From the NCBI GenBank assembly GCA_040755455.1, contig JBFMAY010000018.1, forward strand, positions 3,303-67,302: a stretch of 64,000 nucleotides of DNA, in the 5' to 3' direction. Origin of the DNA: Thermodesulfobacteriota bacterium. GTDB taxonomy: Bacteria; Desulfobacterota; Desulfobulbia; Desulfobulbales; SURF-16. A program made the translations under genes and the position numbers. Positions 27,985 to 37,523 of this stretch are shown here, in pieces. The notes below the pieces were generated by a model. That model did no database searches, was not told the DNA's origin, and saw only the letters and a program-made list of their open reading frames with translations. Numbering within the stretch: the first letter of the stretch is position 1; every line of letters starts with the position of its first letter.

Positions 27985-29085
27985 CTAGTCTTTGGTAGTA
28001 TGACAGACGAAGCAGCCCTCGTCATTAGGTTGATTGGCGATCATTTCACTGTAATCCCAGCGCAGGATGTCCGGGTACTCTGATCCGTGCACCCGGTGGC
28101 AGGACAGGCACATGACAATGGCTTCATCTCTCTGGGGACTTGCCGGATCGATCCAGGCCACCGGCGACTGGAGCTCATACGCAGTCACCGGGTCGTACTG
28201 GGCGTATTCCCCTTCCTCGGGCAACACGATATCCGTCGGATGGCGCAGCCAGGTGTCGGCGCCTATTCCGTCAATGCTGTGAAATGTATTGTGACAGCCC
28301 GCGCAGTAGCTGGAGATGCCGTGTGTTTGCTTCAGCTCGAGGGTTCCTCCTTGGCCGATATCGTCCCGGTCCACCCCTGTGTAATAATTGTGATCATCAT
28401 TTGCTGCGATATGGTCAGGGTGTTCCCATGAGGCATGTTCAACGCCTTCCACGTAGGCGCCAAACTGTTCATCATGGGAATTGAGAAAGCGATAGCGGTT
28501 GTTGTCCTGGTGGTGATAGACATTGTAATGGCAGCCCTGGCAACCGCCCCGGTCATCGTTCTGGCCCGTTGGCGCCACGGCAAGGGTGTTGTGACAGGAG
28601 TTTGCCGTGCCGCAGCGGTTATTGCCGGGCGCAGTAGTCAGTTTGGCGTCGTGTTCTGAGATGCCGTAGACATTGTGGCCGTAACCGTCATAGGTTTCGC
28701 CCCGAGAAACGTTGTAAAAATTGCCGCCGGCCAGGGCCTTGCTCGGGTATGCCCCAGTATTAAAGACAATGGGAATCCGGTTCTCGCCGATTTCAACAAT
28801 GGTCTGGTCCGAGGTTGCAGAGTGGCAGCCGACACAATCGGCGATGAGCAGATAGCCCAGCGGGGTATCCGTAGCCACTCCAGAACTGAAAGTACCGTCG
28901 GCCGCCCAGCCGGCGCCTGACCCGCTGTGCGCGACCGCCGCGCCGTCCTGGGAATTATGCATGGTGTGACAGTTACCGCAGACTCCGCTTACTTTTGCTG
29001 TTGCATTGCCGACGGATAAGCTCAAGGCAAGGGAAAGAACCGAAAAAAGGAGAAGCCTCCTTTCTGTTAGAGAAATTTTTGTCAT
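27985..29085 (-). CDS. OmcS-family multiheme c-type cytochrome (6 CXXCH plus one CX5CH)
   Basis: Start at ATG 29085 (GGAGG upstream) with signal peptide MTKISLTERRLLLFSVLSLALSLSVGNATA. Heme motifs are CGNCH, CVGCH, CGTANSCH, CQGCH, CAGCH, CLSCH and CFVCH. The ordered blocks CGNCHTMHNS, GGNFYNV, YGHNVYG, LTTAPGNN, WLRHP, CLSCHRVHGS and C-terminal CHTTKD match my recollection of Geobacter OmcS. Confidence 0.75.
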   Translation of the reverse strand: MTKISLTERRLLLFSVLSLALSLSVGNATAKVSGVCGNCHTMHNSQDGAAVAHSGSGAGWAADGTFSSGVATDTPLGYLLIADCVGCHSATSDQTIVEIGENRIPIVFNTGAYPSKALAGGNFYNVSRGETYDGYGHNVYGISEHDAKLTTAPGNNRCGTANSCHNTLAVAPTGQNDDRGGCQGCHYNVYHHQDNNRYRFLNSHDEQFGAYVEGVEHASWEHPDHIAANDDHNYYTGVDRDDIGQGGTLELKQTHGISSYCAGCHNTFHSIDGIGADTWLRHPTDIVLPEEGEYAQYDPVTAYELQSPVAWIDPASPQRDEAIVMCLSCHRVHGSEYPDILRWDYSEMIANQPNDEGCFVCHTTKD

Positions 29086-29410
29086 ATGCGCCTCCGGTGC
29101 AAGTCTTTTTTTCTTGTCATTATTTGCTTCTGTTAGAGCCTGGCAGAGCGATTCGTTTGGCTGCATGGGTGGATTTTTCTCATCGTTTTTTGCGGCAAAG
29201 GCATAATTGCTGTTGTTGGAATGGTGAGGACTCAATTGTCCCTGCAGCGGTCGGAAAAAATGAAGTGAGGAACGGCAAAGAAAGAGATGTTCGAGGCAGG
29301 AACTGCCCGGCGGGAAATGGCCAGTAATGCTTATTGACGTACTGCCGCTGCAATCCTGGTTCCCCAATTGCCTCATCTTGTTGATCCTCTTTTTTGTCAG
29401 GAGATGGCCG

Positions 29411-29452
29411 TAAAAAATGCCGGGTCACTCATGATAACAAGGCAACCCGGCA
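29411..29452 (-). terminator. rho-independent terminator about 155-195 nt downstream of the RNase G/E stop codon
   Basis: The minus strand reads GCCGGGT-(19 nt)-ACCCGGC followed by ATTTTTTA. Confidence 0.55.
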
Positions 29453-29546
29453 GTCTTGGCAGGAAGATCCGCGGTTTTCCGTCCCCAGCTTACGCAGGGG
29501 TTAGCTTTATCTTGTTATGTGTCTCAAGTTTTAAAGTCAAAGCTTT

Positions 29547-29562
29547 GTTTACATATGTAAAC
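29547..29562. promoter_or_regulatory. perfect 16-bp palindrome GTTTACATATGTAAAC
   Basis: Read directly. On the minus strand it lies 6 nt upstream of a TTGACT hexamer (29540-29535). Confidence 0.4.
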
Positions 29563-29605
29563 GGAAAACGGGGGATATTCAATTGGGCAAATTGTCGCAC
29601 TGCTG

Positions 29606-31282
29606 CTATTCTTCAGCTCCTTTGTGAAAGTCGATTTGAGATTGAGTGGGGTTCATGTCCGGATCGGCGATAATATTGATGGCAACGTTGTATTTTTCCT
29701 CGAGTTCGACAAGGTCAGTCCGTTTCTGATTCAGCATGTATTGGGCGATAGCCAGGGGAAAACGGCAGGTGATCCTCTCCGTCGTCTTTTTGATGGCGCC
29801 GGTCTGGATGCGGCGCAGCTGGGCCAGCGCCATGGTTTCCACCGAGCGAACCATGCCGAGACCCTGGCAGTGTTCGCAGACGATATAGCTTCCTTTTTGT
29901 ACCGGAGGCCCCAGTCTCTGCCGGGAAATCTGCATCAGCCCGAATTTTGAGATGCGGCTGATATCCACCTTGGCCTTGTCATGTTTCATGCAGGCCTTGA
30001 CCTGTTTTTCAACCTCCCGGATGTGTTTCTTGTCACGCATATCGATGAAGTCGACAACGATCAGGCCGCCCAGGTCCCGGAGGCGGAGCTGCCGGGTGAG
30101 TTCTTCCGCAGCCTCCATGTTGGCCAGAAAAATGGTTTCCTCAAAATTTTTGTCTTTTGAGGTGCGGCCGGAATTGACATCAATCGCCACCAGAGCCTCG
30201 GTGGGATTAATGACAATGGAGCCGCCGGAGGGAAGATTGACGGAAGGCTGGTAGATCTGCTCAATCTGCTCTTCAATCTGATAGAGGTTGAAGATGGGCC
30301 GGGCGCCTTTGTGCAGTTTGACCTTGGTCACCCGTTGTCTGGCCGGCAACAGGTTGAGAAAGTTGACCACCTGATCGTAAGTGATCAGGTTATCTACCAG
30401 TATTTCCTGGATATCATGGGTAAAATGATCGCGCAGGAAGCGGGCGGTGACATCTTGCTCTTTATAGACCAGGGCCGGGGCAGGCATGGTCTGGCCGCGT
30501 TTTTTGATTTCTTTCCACAGGTTGAGCTGATAGCGGATGTCCTGGAACAAAGCGGTTTTGGTGACATCCATGCTGGCGGTGCGCACGATGTAGCCGATCT
30601 CTTCGGGCAGATTAGCCGAGCTGACGATTTCCCTGAGTTTGCTGCGCAGGCTCTCGTCTTCAATCTTGCGGGAAATGCCATGGCTGTCGCTGCCCGGCAT
30701 GAGGACCACATACCTGCCCGGCATGGAAAGATATGTGGTGACGCTTGCTCCCTTGTTGCCGGTGGCCTCCTTGACCACCTCGACCAGTACCTCCTGTCCC
30801 TTTCTGATGACCTCTTGTATCTTCAGGTCCTTCCAGTGGGTCGAGGGCGGGACATCCTTGCAGTAATATTCGGGATGGATGTCGCTGAAGGGCAGAAAGC
30901 CGTTGCGTTCAATGCCCATGTCGACAAAAACCGCCTGCAGATTGGGCTCAATGGCAGTAATGATACCCTTGTAGATGTTGCCCTTGGTCTGGGCGCTGGA
31001 AACGGTTTCCAGGTGAAATGAAGTCAGTTTGCCGTTATCAAGCAGGGCGATGCGGGCTTCCTCCGGCTCTTCGGAGTTGATGAGCAGCTTCAGGGCGGCG
31101 CCGCTGGATTTTTCTTCCTCATCCTCCGGTTGGGTTGCTTTATTCTGTTGGGGCGCTTTGTTTTTTGCCGCGTTAGTTTTTTTCGCCGGTGATTTTCTCG
31201 GCCGGGATCTGGGTTTTTTGGTAGGTGCCGGGGTTTCGGCCTTTTCTTCTTGAGTGGTCTCGGGTGTTTTTTCGTCGTTCAT
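29606..31282 (-). CDS. ribonuclease G/E family endoribonuclease (Rne/Rng) with a Lys/Glu-rich N-terminal extension
   Basis: S1 domain GNIYKGIITAIEPNLQAVFVDMGIERNGFLP. Catalytic region with IDVNSG, LRDLGGLIVVDFIDM and Zn-link CEHCQGLG. Confidence 0.9.
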   Translation of the reverse strand: MNDEKTPETTQEEKAETPAPTKKPRSRPRKSPAKKTNAAKNKAPQQNKATQPEDEEEKSSGAALKLLINSEEPEEARIALLDNGKLTSFHLETVSSAQTKGNIYKGIITAIEPNLQAVFVDMGIERNGFLPFSDIHPEYYCKDVPPSTHWKDLKIQEVIRKGQEVLVEVVKEATGNKGASVTTYLSMPGRYVVLMPGSDSHGISRKIEDESLRSKLREIVSSANLPEEIGYIVRTASMDVTKTALFQDIRYQLNLWKEIKKRGQTMPAPALVYKEQDVTARFLRDHFTHDIQEILVDNLITYDQVVNFLNLLPARQRVTKVKLHKGARPIFNLYQIEEQIEQIYQPSVNLPSGGSIVINPTEALVAIDVNSGRTSKDKNFEETIFLANMEAAEELTRQLRLRDLGGLIVVDFIDMRDKKHIREVEKQVKACMKHDKAKVDISRISKFGLMQISRQRLGPPVQKGSYIVCEHCQGLGMVRSVETMALAQLRRIQTGAIKKTTERITCRFPLAIAQYMLNQKRTDLVELEEKYNVAINIIADPDMNPTQSQIDFHKGAEE

Positions 31283-31351
31283 GATTTTCCTTCAGGTGGC
31301 AAACCTGCCTGAACAGCCCTGTCTGTGCGAGGGCTTGAGGATGCGTGCTGT

Positions 31352-32290
31352 TCAGGCGGCTGGCGATGTCTGGTAATAGATTTTTCCCCTATGCGCCGAA
31401 TGAGCAATCTCACCGCTTTCCATCAGCTCTTGTAAAAGCCGGGCGGTTGAGTTGCTGTCTAGATTCAAGGCCTCGCAGATATCTATCTCGGTGCATGGGC
31501 GTCTTTGCAGCATTTCTAATAATTCTGTTTTTTTGGCTGATCGAGCATTGGCTCTCTTCCTTTTGCGGAAATCTGCTATAATTTCTATAGATCCGGGAAG
31601 CTGCCGGCTGATATCCTCCAGTTCGGCTTCCGTCAAGGGCTTGGCAAATCCCTCAAGCGGAGGACGTATTACGGTGTTCAGCTGGATTTTGGTCGGTTTA
31701 ATATCGTTGAGGGCCTGCCTTAAGGCGGCAAGATCTTGGGCCGAGTCATTGGTGCCTTTGCAGAGAAGGATCTCAAGCCATAGTTCCCCTCTGAAATTTC
31801 GGGCAAAGAGACAAAGTCCCTCGATGATCTCCTGTAATTTTGCGCATTGCGCTGGTCTATTTATCTTACGAAAACTTTCCTCCCTGGCTGAGTCAAGGGA
31901 TGGAATGACAATGTCGGCATGCTCGAGATCCCGTCGCACATCTTCCCGATAAAGAAGAGACCCGTTGGTGAGCACGGCAACCGGCAGTGCGGTTCTTGTT
32001 TTCAGGTGGTTGATGATTTCACCGAGTCCGCTGTGCAGAGTGGGTTCACCGCTTGCGGTGATGGTGAAAACGTCGTTTGGTTTCGCCTGACCGGGTGTTG
32101 CCAGAAAGGAATCTATTTCGGCAATGATTTCCGCGGTTGGGGTGTATTCCTTTCTCTCACAGGTGAAAATGGTGGTCGGCCCCACCTCGCAATAAATGCA
32201 GTTGAAGTTGCAGATTTTTGCAGGGAGGAGATCGATGCCCAGTGACAAACCCAAGCGTCGGGAGTTGACGGGTCCAAACAGATATTTCAT
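31352..32290 (-). CDS. radical SAM protein with a C-terminal winged-helix/HTH-like tail
   Basis: CX3CX2C motif CNFNCIYC, SGEPTL glycine-rich SAM motif, and a C-terminal basic plus helical segment (LLEMLQRRPCTEIDICEAL). Confidence 0.8.
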   Translation of the reverse strand: MKYLFGPVNSRRLGLSLGIDLLPAKICNFNCIYCEVGPTTIFTCERKEYTPTAEIIAEIDSFLATPGQAKPNDVFTITASGEPTLHSGLGEIINHLKTRTALPVAVLTNGSLLYREDVRRDLEHADIVIPSLDSAREESFRKINRPAQCAKLQEIIEGLCLFARNFRGELWLEILLCKGTNDSAQDLAALRQALNDIKPTKIQLNTVIRPPLEGFAKPLTEAELEDISRQLPGSIEIIADFRKRKRANARSAKKTELLEMLQRRPCTEIDICEALNLDSNSTARLLQELMESGEIAHSAHRGKIYYQTSPAA

Positions 32291-32463
32291 TCAGAGAGAG
32301 CAGTATTCATGTTAACTTAATCTGATTTTTAAATTATATAGTTAAAAACAATCGCCATCAGTTGGCAAGAGAAAGTTTTGCCTTGACACGCTTTATTGCG
32401 AAACGTTAGTTTCAGAAGTCCAAATGAAATGGAATCGGATATCACTTTAATAAGGACACACTC

Positions 32464-34125
32464 ATGCGGAGCGATGCGGTTAAAAAAGGATTGGAAAGGG
32501 CGCCTCACAGGTCGCTGTTTAAGGCAATGGGCTACACCAACGAGGAAATACAGCGGCCACTGATTGGTATCGGTCACGCCCACAATGAGATCATTCCCGG
32601 CCATATTCATCTTGATAAAATTGTGGAGGCGGTCAAGGCCGGAGTCCGCATGGCCGGCGGAACGCCCATTGCCTTTGCGACAATCGGCGTCTGCGACGGC
32701 ATTGCCATGAATCATACGGGCATGAAATATTCCCTGGCCAGCCGGGAAATCATTGCCGATTCGGTTGAAATCATGGGACAGGCCCATCCTTTTGACGCCA
32801 TGGTGCTTATCCCCAACTGTGATAAGGTGGTGCCCGGAATGCTCATGGCCATGCTGCGGCTCAATATTCCGGCGGTCATGGTCAGCGGCGGGCCGATGCT
32901 TACCGGCCGCTTTCAGGGCAGGGACGTGCATCTGGTCAGCGTCTTTGAGGGGGTGGGCCGGGTCAAGGCCAATACCATGAGCCTTGAGGAACTGGACGAG
33001 CTTGAAAATGCCGCCTGCCCAACCTGCGGCTCCTGCTCCGGCATGTTTACGGCGAACTCTATGAACTGCCTGACCGAGGCCCTGGGCCTGGGGTTGCCTG
33101 GCAACGGCACCATTCCGGCAGTTGCCGCGGCGCGTATCCGGCTGGCCAAGCAGGCTGGGATGGCGGTGATGAATCTCTTCCATGAACAGATCAGACCCCG
33201 GGATATCGCCACCAAGGAGGCCTTTGAGAATGCCATGGCCGTTGACATGGCGCTGGGTTGTTCGACCAATACGGTGCTGCATGTGCCGGCAATCGCCAGG
33301 GAGGCCGGGGTTGACCTGCCGCTGGCTACCTTTAACGAGGTGAGCAGGAGGGTGCCTCATATCTGCAGTCTGATCCCCGGCGGGTCCCATAGCCTCCAGC
33401 AACTCAACGAAGCCGGCGGGGTGCAGGCGGTGATGCGTGAACTGTTGAACAGCGAGCTCGGCCTGCACCAGCAGGTCATGACGGTGACCGGCCACACCCT
33501 GGGTGAGAACCTGCAAAAGGCCAAGGTGCGGGACAATGAGATTATCCGCCCGGTTGACAATCCCTACCACAAGCAGGGGGGCATTGCCGTGCTGTATGGC
33601 AACCTCGCCCCGGAGGGGGCGGTGGTCAAACAGTCGGCCGTGGCCGCCGAGATGATGTGTCATACCGGTCCGGCCCGGGTATTTGATTCGGAAGAGGAGG
33701 CCCAGACAGCAATTCTTGCCGGCAGCATCAAGCCTGGCGACGTGGTTGTCATCCGCTACTGCGGTCCAAAGGGTGGCCCCGGCATGCCGGAGATGCTGTC
33801 GCCCACCTCGGCAATCATTGGCATGGGACTGGGGAAAAGCGTGGCCCTGATCACCGATGGCCGTTTCAGCGGCGGCACCCAGGGGGCCTGCGTCGGCCAT
33901 GTCTCGCCGGAGGCGGCTGAGGGCGGGCCCATCGGTATGCTCAGGGAAGGTGATACCATTGTCGTGGATATTACCAACAAACGGCTGCACTGTGAAATTG
34001 ATGAGGCGGAAATGGCCGGACGCAGGGCGGCATGGCAGCCGCCGGCCCCGAAAATCACCACAGGCTATGTCGCCCGCTATGCCAGAATGGTCGGTTCCGG
34101 CAGTTCCGGGGCAATCCTCAAGTGA
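32464..34125 (+). CDS. ilvD: dihydroxy-acid dehydratase
   Basis: [58 protein letters not shown] are hallmark IlvD motifs. Confidence 0.95.
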   Translation: MRSDAVKKGLERAPHRSLFKAMGYTNEEIQRPLIGIGHAHNEIIPGHIHLDKIVEAVKAGVRMAGGTPIAFATIGVCDGIAMNHTGMKYSLASREIIADSVEIMGQAHPFDAMVLIPNCDKVVPGMLMAMLRLNIPAVMVSGGPMLTGRFQGRDVHLVSVFEGVGRVKANTMSLEELDELENAACPTCGSCSGMFTANSMNCLTEALGLGLPGNGTIPAVAAARIRLAKQAGMAVMNLFHEQIRPRDIATKEAFENAMAVDMALGCSTNTVLHVPAIAREAGVDLPLATFNEVSRRVPHICSLIPGGSHSLQQLNEAGGVQAVMRELLNSELGLHQQVMTVTGHTLGENLQKAKVRDNEIIRPVDNPYHKQGGIAVLYGNLAPEGAVVKQSAVAAEMMCHTGPARVFDSEEEAQTAILAGSIKPGDVVVIRYCGPKGGPGMPEMLSPTSAIIGMGLGKSVALITDGRFSGGTQGACVGHVSPEAAEGGPIGMLREGDTIVVDITNKRLHCEIDEAEMAGRRAAWQPPAPKITTGYVARYARMVGSGSSGAILK

Positions 34126-34156
34126 GGGGGCAAGGGAGCCGCTTCGGTTATATTTT

Positions 34157-36508
34157 ATGAGAAAGTTGCTTAGCAAGAAAAGAGCGGCCGCCCTGCTCTC
34201 ATCATTTGCCTGGCTGTGGGCAAATCAGTGTCCGGCAGGCACTATCACCGCTGAGCCCTGGGACATAACCGCGGATAAGATCAGCCGCTACACCAGGCCG
34301 GAAAATATCGTGGCGGAAGGAAATGTGGTTCTGCGCCGAACCGGGGACGCCAGCAGCGAGCCGCTCACCATCAAGGCGGACTGGATGCGTTACAGTGTGG
34401 AGGATCAGCTGGTTTACGCCAGGGGCAATCTCACCATGCGCACCGCCGAACAGGACGTGGATGCGGTTGAGGCGGTGATTGATCTCAGCGATGAAACCGC
34501 CACCCTGACGGACACCACCCTTTTTGTGCCGGAAAACAATCTGCATTTCTCCGGCCGCGAGGTGGAAAAGACCGGCCCGATTACCTATCGTTTCAAGGAT
34601 GGGGATTTTACCGCCTGCAAGCTGGAGGAAGGGAAAACCCCGCCGTGGCAGTTTCATGCCGCCGAGGCCGTGGTCAAGGTGGAAAAGGTGGTGGTCCTCA
34701 AGCATACGGTGCTGCGGGTCAAGGGGGTGCCGGTCCTCTATGTGCCCATCATGGCGGTACCGGCCAACACCAAGCGCAAAACCGGCTTTCTCTTTCCCGA
34801 GATTTCCCAGTCGGAGCGCAGCGGCACCGGGCTTGTCACCCCTTATTTCATCGATCTGTCGCCAAGCAGTGACATCACCGTTTATCCGGGCTATCTGTCG
34901 AAGCGCGGCGTGGTGGCCGGGGCCGAATTCCGCCATGTCAGCGGTTTCAATTCCAAGGAAACCATCGCCGCCACCTATATCCAGGATAAAACAGAGGATA
35001 CGCCCGACGATGACTATAAGTCGGACGACTACCTGCGGACTGATCAGAACCGCTACTGGATCCGCGGCAAGCTCGATCATGATTTCGGCAATGATCTGCA
35101 GGCCAAGATGGATCTGGATCTGGCTTCTGACCGGGATTTTGTCGAGGAGTTTAAAAGGGGATCCACTGGCTTCAACGACAGCGACAGGAATTTCCTCAGG
35201 GATTATAACCGCGGGTTGACCGAGGAAACCATTCCCTACCGTCCCTCCCAGATGCAGTTGACCAAAACCTGGCCGTCGTCGTTTTTGGGTGGCCAGTTGG
35301 TCGGCATCAATGACCTGACGGACCCCGAAGATGTCCCCAACCAGGTGGAAACGAGCCAGGTGAACACATTGCCGCGCATTGACTACAGCGGAGTATTTGA
35401 GCTGGAAGACCTGCCGCTCAGTCTCAGCTGGGACTCGGGATATGTGTATTACTGGCGCGAGGAAGGGGTTGGCGAGCAGCGCTTTGATCTCCATCCGCAG
35501 CTCACCGCGCCTCTTCCCTTAGGCCAGTATATTGAGGGCACCGTATCAAGCGGCCTGCGGGAGACCGCCTACCGCATCGAAGCGAACGGGCCGGATGAGT
35601 TTGACTGGGAGTTTGATCAGCGGGAACAGAACCGGACGGCCTGGGATTTCGATACCAATATTGCCACAACCGTGGCCCGGGATTTTGACATGCACCTAGG
35701 CTCCGTTTCCCAGCTCAATCATGCCATACGGCCGGAGCTCAAATACAGTTATGTGGCGCTGGACCGGGGGGACGATCTGCCCACGGAGGACGAGCGGCCG
35801 GAAGATGACGACTTACAGGCTATTGACGAGATCGATCTGCTTGCTCCTCAAAATCTCATCACCTACAGCCTGAATAATTATTTCCGCGTGGCAGGCAGCA
35901 GGGGCGACATGTCGTATGACCGCTATCTGGGTTACTTCAAGATCATCCAGTCCTACGATATCCGCGAGGAGCGGGGTGATCTTGAAGGACCTGTCGACGA
36001 AAACCAGCCCTTTTCCGATGTGCTGTTGAAGTTGAATCTCTACCCCTTGCCCCGCTGGCAGACCAGGTACCAGACCGCCTACAGCGTATATGGCGAGGGA
36101 GTGACAAGGTATAGTCTCTATACCAAATATTCATCTACCAGGGGAGAAAGTGTTTCCCTTGACTATCGCTTTACCAAGGACTCCGAGATCAATCAGTTGA
36201 ATGCCGAGGTGATCACCCGGCTTACCGATACCTGGTACCTGGAGGCTGATTTCAAGCAGTCCCTTGATCAAAATTCCATTACCAGCGCCTCTTTTGGCCT
36301 GACGTATCACCCGCCATGCTGGGCCGTGAAGTTTCTGGCCGAGCAGAGTTCGGATGACAAGCGGGTGGCCATCCTGTTCTCCCTGGTTGGTCTGGGGGAA
36401 TCTCTGGGTATTGGTTTTTCAGGCGACCTGGAGGGCGGGCTTGATCTCGATTCCGGCGGCGATAACGATCTTGATAAATTTGATAAGAATCGAGATGATA
36501 ACATGTAA
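34157..36508 (+). CDS. lptD: LPS-assembly outer-membrane protein LptD (OstA)
   Basis: Signal peptide MRKLLSKKRAAALLSSFAWLWA, OstA N-domain pattern (A..GNV......L.AD...Y), PNTKRKTGFLFPE motif, long beta-barrel. The track ORF start 33857 lies inside ilvD, so ATG 34157 was chosen. Confidence 0.88.
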   Translation: MRKLLSKKRAAALLSSFAWLWANQCPAGTITAEPWDITADKISRYTRPENIVAEGNVVLRRTGDASSEPLTIKADWMRYSVEDQLVYARGNLTMRTAEQDVDAVEAVIDLSDETATLTDTTLFVPENNLHFSGREVEKTGPITYRFKDGDFTACKLEEGKTPPWQFHAAEAVVKVEKVVVLKHTVLRVKGVPVLYVPIMAVPANTKRKTGFLFPEISQSERSGTGLVTPYFIDLSPSSDITVYPGYLSKRGVVAGAEFRHVSGFNSKETIAATYIQDKTEDTPDDDYKSDDYLRTDQNRYWIRGKLDHDFGNDLQAKMDLDLASDRDFVEEFKRGSTGFNDSDRNFLRDYNRGLTEETIPYRPSQMQLTKTWPSSFLGGQLVGINDLTDPEDVPNQVETSQVNTLPRIDYSGVFELEDLPLSLSWDSGYVYYWREEGVGEQRFDLHPQLTAPLPLGQYIEGTVSSGLRETAYRIEANGPDEFDWEFDQREQNRTAWDFDTNIATTVARDFDMHLGSVSQLNHAIRPELKYSYVALDRGDDLPTEDERPEDDDLQAIDEIDLLAPQNLITYSLNNYFRVAGSRGDMSYDRYLGYFKIIQSYDIREERGDLEGPVDENQPFSDVLLKLNLYPLPRWQTRYQTAYSVYGEGVTRYSLYTKYSSTRGESVSLDYRFTKDSEINQLNAEVITRLTDTWYLEADFKQSLDQNSITSASFGLTYHPPCWAVKFLAEQSSDDKRVAILFSLVGLGESLGIGFSGDLEGGLDLDSGGDNDLDKFDKNRDDNM

Positions 36509-36529
36509 CGGGCAGGCGAGAGGCCGGGC

Positions 36530-37489
36530 ATGAATTACGATGTGTTTAACGGCGATGCTGACGGCATCTGCGCTCTGCATCAGCTGCGCCTGGCCGAGCC
36601 CCGGCAGGCCGTACTTGTTTCCGGGGTGAAGCGCGATATCCGTCTGCTTGAAAAACTGGCGGACAATCCGCAGGTCACGGATGCGGAGATCACTGTTCTT
36701 GATATTTCCATGGAGAGCAATAAGGACTCCCTGGCTATTCTCCTGCAGCGCCGCAACAGTATTTTCTACGTTGACCACCACTTTGCCGGGGAAATGCCGT
36801 CTGCAGGCAACCTGCGGGCAACCATCGACCCCAGTCCCGATGTCTGCACCGGCTTGCTCATTGACCGGCTGATCGGCGGGAAATTCCGTCTCTGGGCCAT
36901 TGTGGCCGCCTATGGCGACAATCTGCATGCCGCGGCCCGGCTGGCCGCAGCCGGGCTAGGGCTGACGGACAAAGAGCTTGGCACGCTGCAGGAGCTTGGC
37001 GAGCTGATGAACTATAACGGCTATGGCCGGGAGGTTGCCGACCTGCATGTGGCGCCCCAGGAGCTTTTCCTGGCTGTCATACCCTTTGCGAGCCCCTTTG
37101 CTTTTTGCCGCGAGTCCGGTGTGCTGGGCCACCTGCGGCAGGGGTATGCCGAGGATATGGCGCGGGCCCGCTCAGCGCAGCCGCTTGCAGAAAATGATTC
37201 CGGCCGGATTTTCACCTTTCCTGACGCCCCGTGGTCGCGCCGGGTCGCCGGGGTGTTCAGTAACGAAAAGGCCAGGGAAATGGGGGGAAAGGCCCACGCC
37301 CTCATCGTTGATAATGGCGATGGGACCCTGCTGGTCAGCGTCAGGGCGCCTTTGAGTAATAAACAGGGAGCTGCCGCCCTCTGCCGGAAGTTCCCGACCG
37401 GCGGCGGCCGTGAAGCGGCGGCCGGGATTAATGCCTTGCCGCAGGAGCAACTTGATGCCTTTATCGATGCCTTTCGGCAAACCTGGTGA
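36530..37489 (+). CDS. DHH-family phosphoesterase-like protein
   Basis: Motif I-like VFNGDADGICA, DHH motif YVDHHF, C-terminal GGGREAAAG (DHHA1-like GGGH variant). Confidence 0.6.
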   Translation: MNYDVFNGDADGICALHQLRLAEPRQAVLVSGVKRDIRLLEKLADNPQVTDAEITVLDISMESNKDSLAILLQRRNSIFYVDHHFAGEMPSAGNLRATIDPSPDVCTGLLIDRLIGGKFRLWAIVAAYGDNLHAAARLAAAGLGLTDKELGTLQELGELMNYNGYGREVADLHVAPQELFLAVIPFASPFAFCRESGVLGHLRQGYAEDMARARSAQPLAENDSGRIFTFPDAPWSRRVAGVFSNEKAREMGGKAHALIVDNGDGTLLVSVRAPLSNKQGAAALCRKFPTGGGREAAAGINALPQEQLDAFIDAFRQTW

Positions 37490-37523
37490 TATTTCAGTTG
37501 AAAAAAAGGAAGAGGAGTCCTCT

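Noticed and set aside
29547-29562. The palindrome GTTTACATATGTAAAC as a BirA (bioO), TyrR or LexA operator
   Set aside because: The half-site TGTAAAC resembles the E. coli bioO and TyrR half-sites. However, orientation and spacing are wrong (arms abut with a 2-bp centre, in reverse order), and it is 16 kb from the bio genes. It does not match the LexA boxes I know. It is kept only as an unassigned dyad.
32329-34176. 615-aa ORF on the minus strand spanning the whole ilvD region
   Set aside because: It is antisense to an unmistakable dihydroxy-acid dehydratase gene. Its translation is G/H/R/A-rich low-complexity with no motifs, typical of a shadow ORF.
34202-35494. 430-aa minus-strand ORF inside lptD, plus a 231-aa plus-strand out-of-frame ORF at 34524-35219
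   Set aside because: Both overlap the well-supported LptD frame and translate to Arg/Gly/Pro-rich strings with no recognisable domain. They are shadow ORFs.
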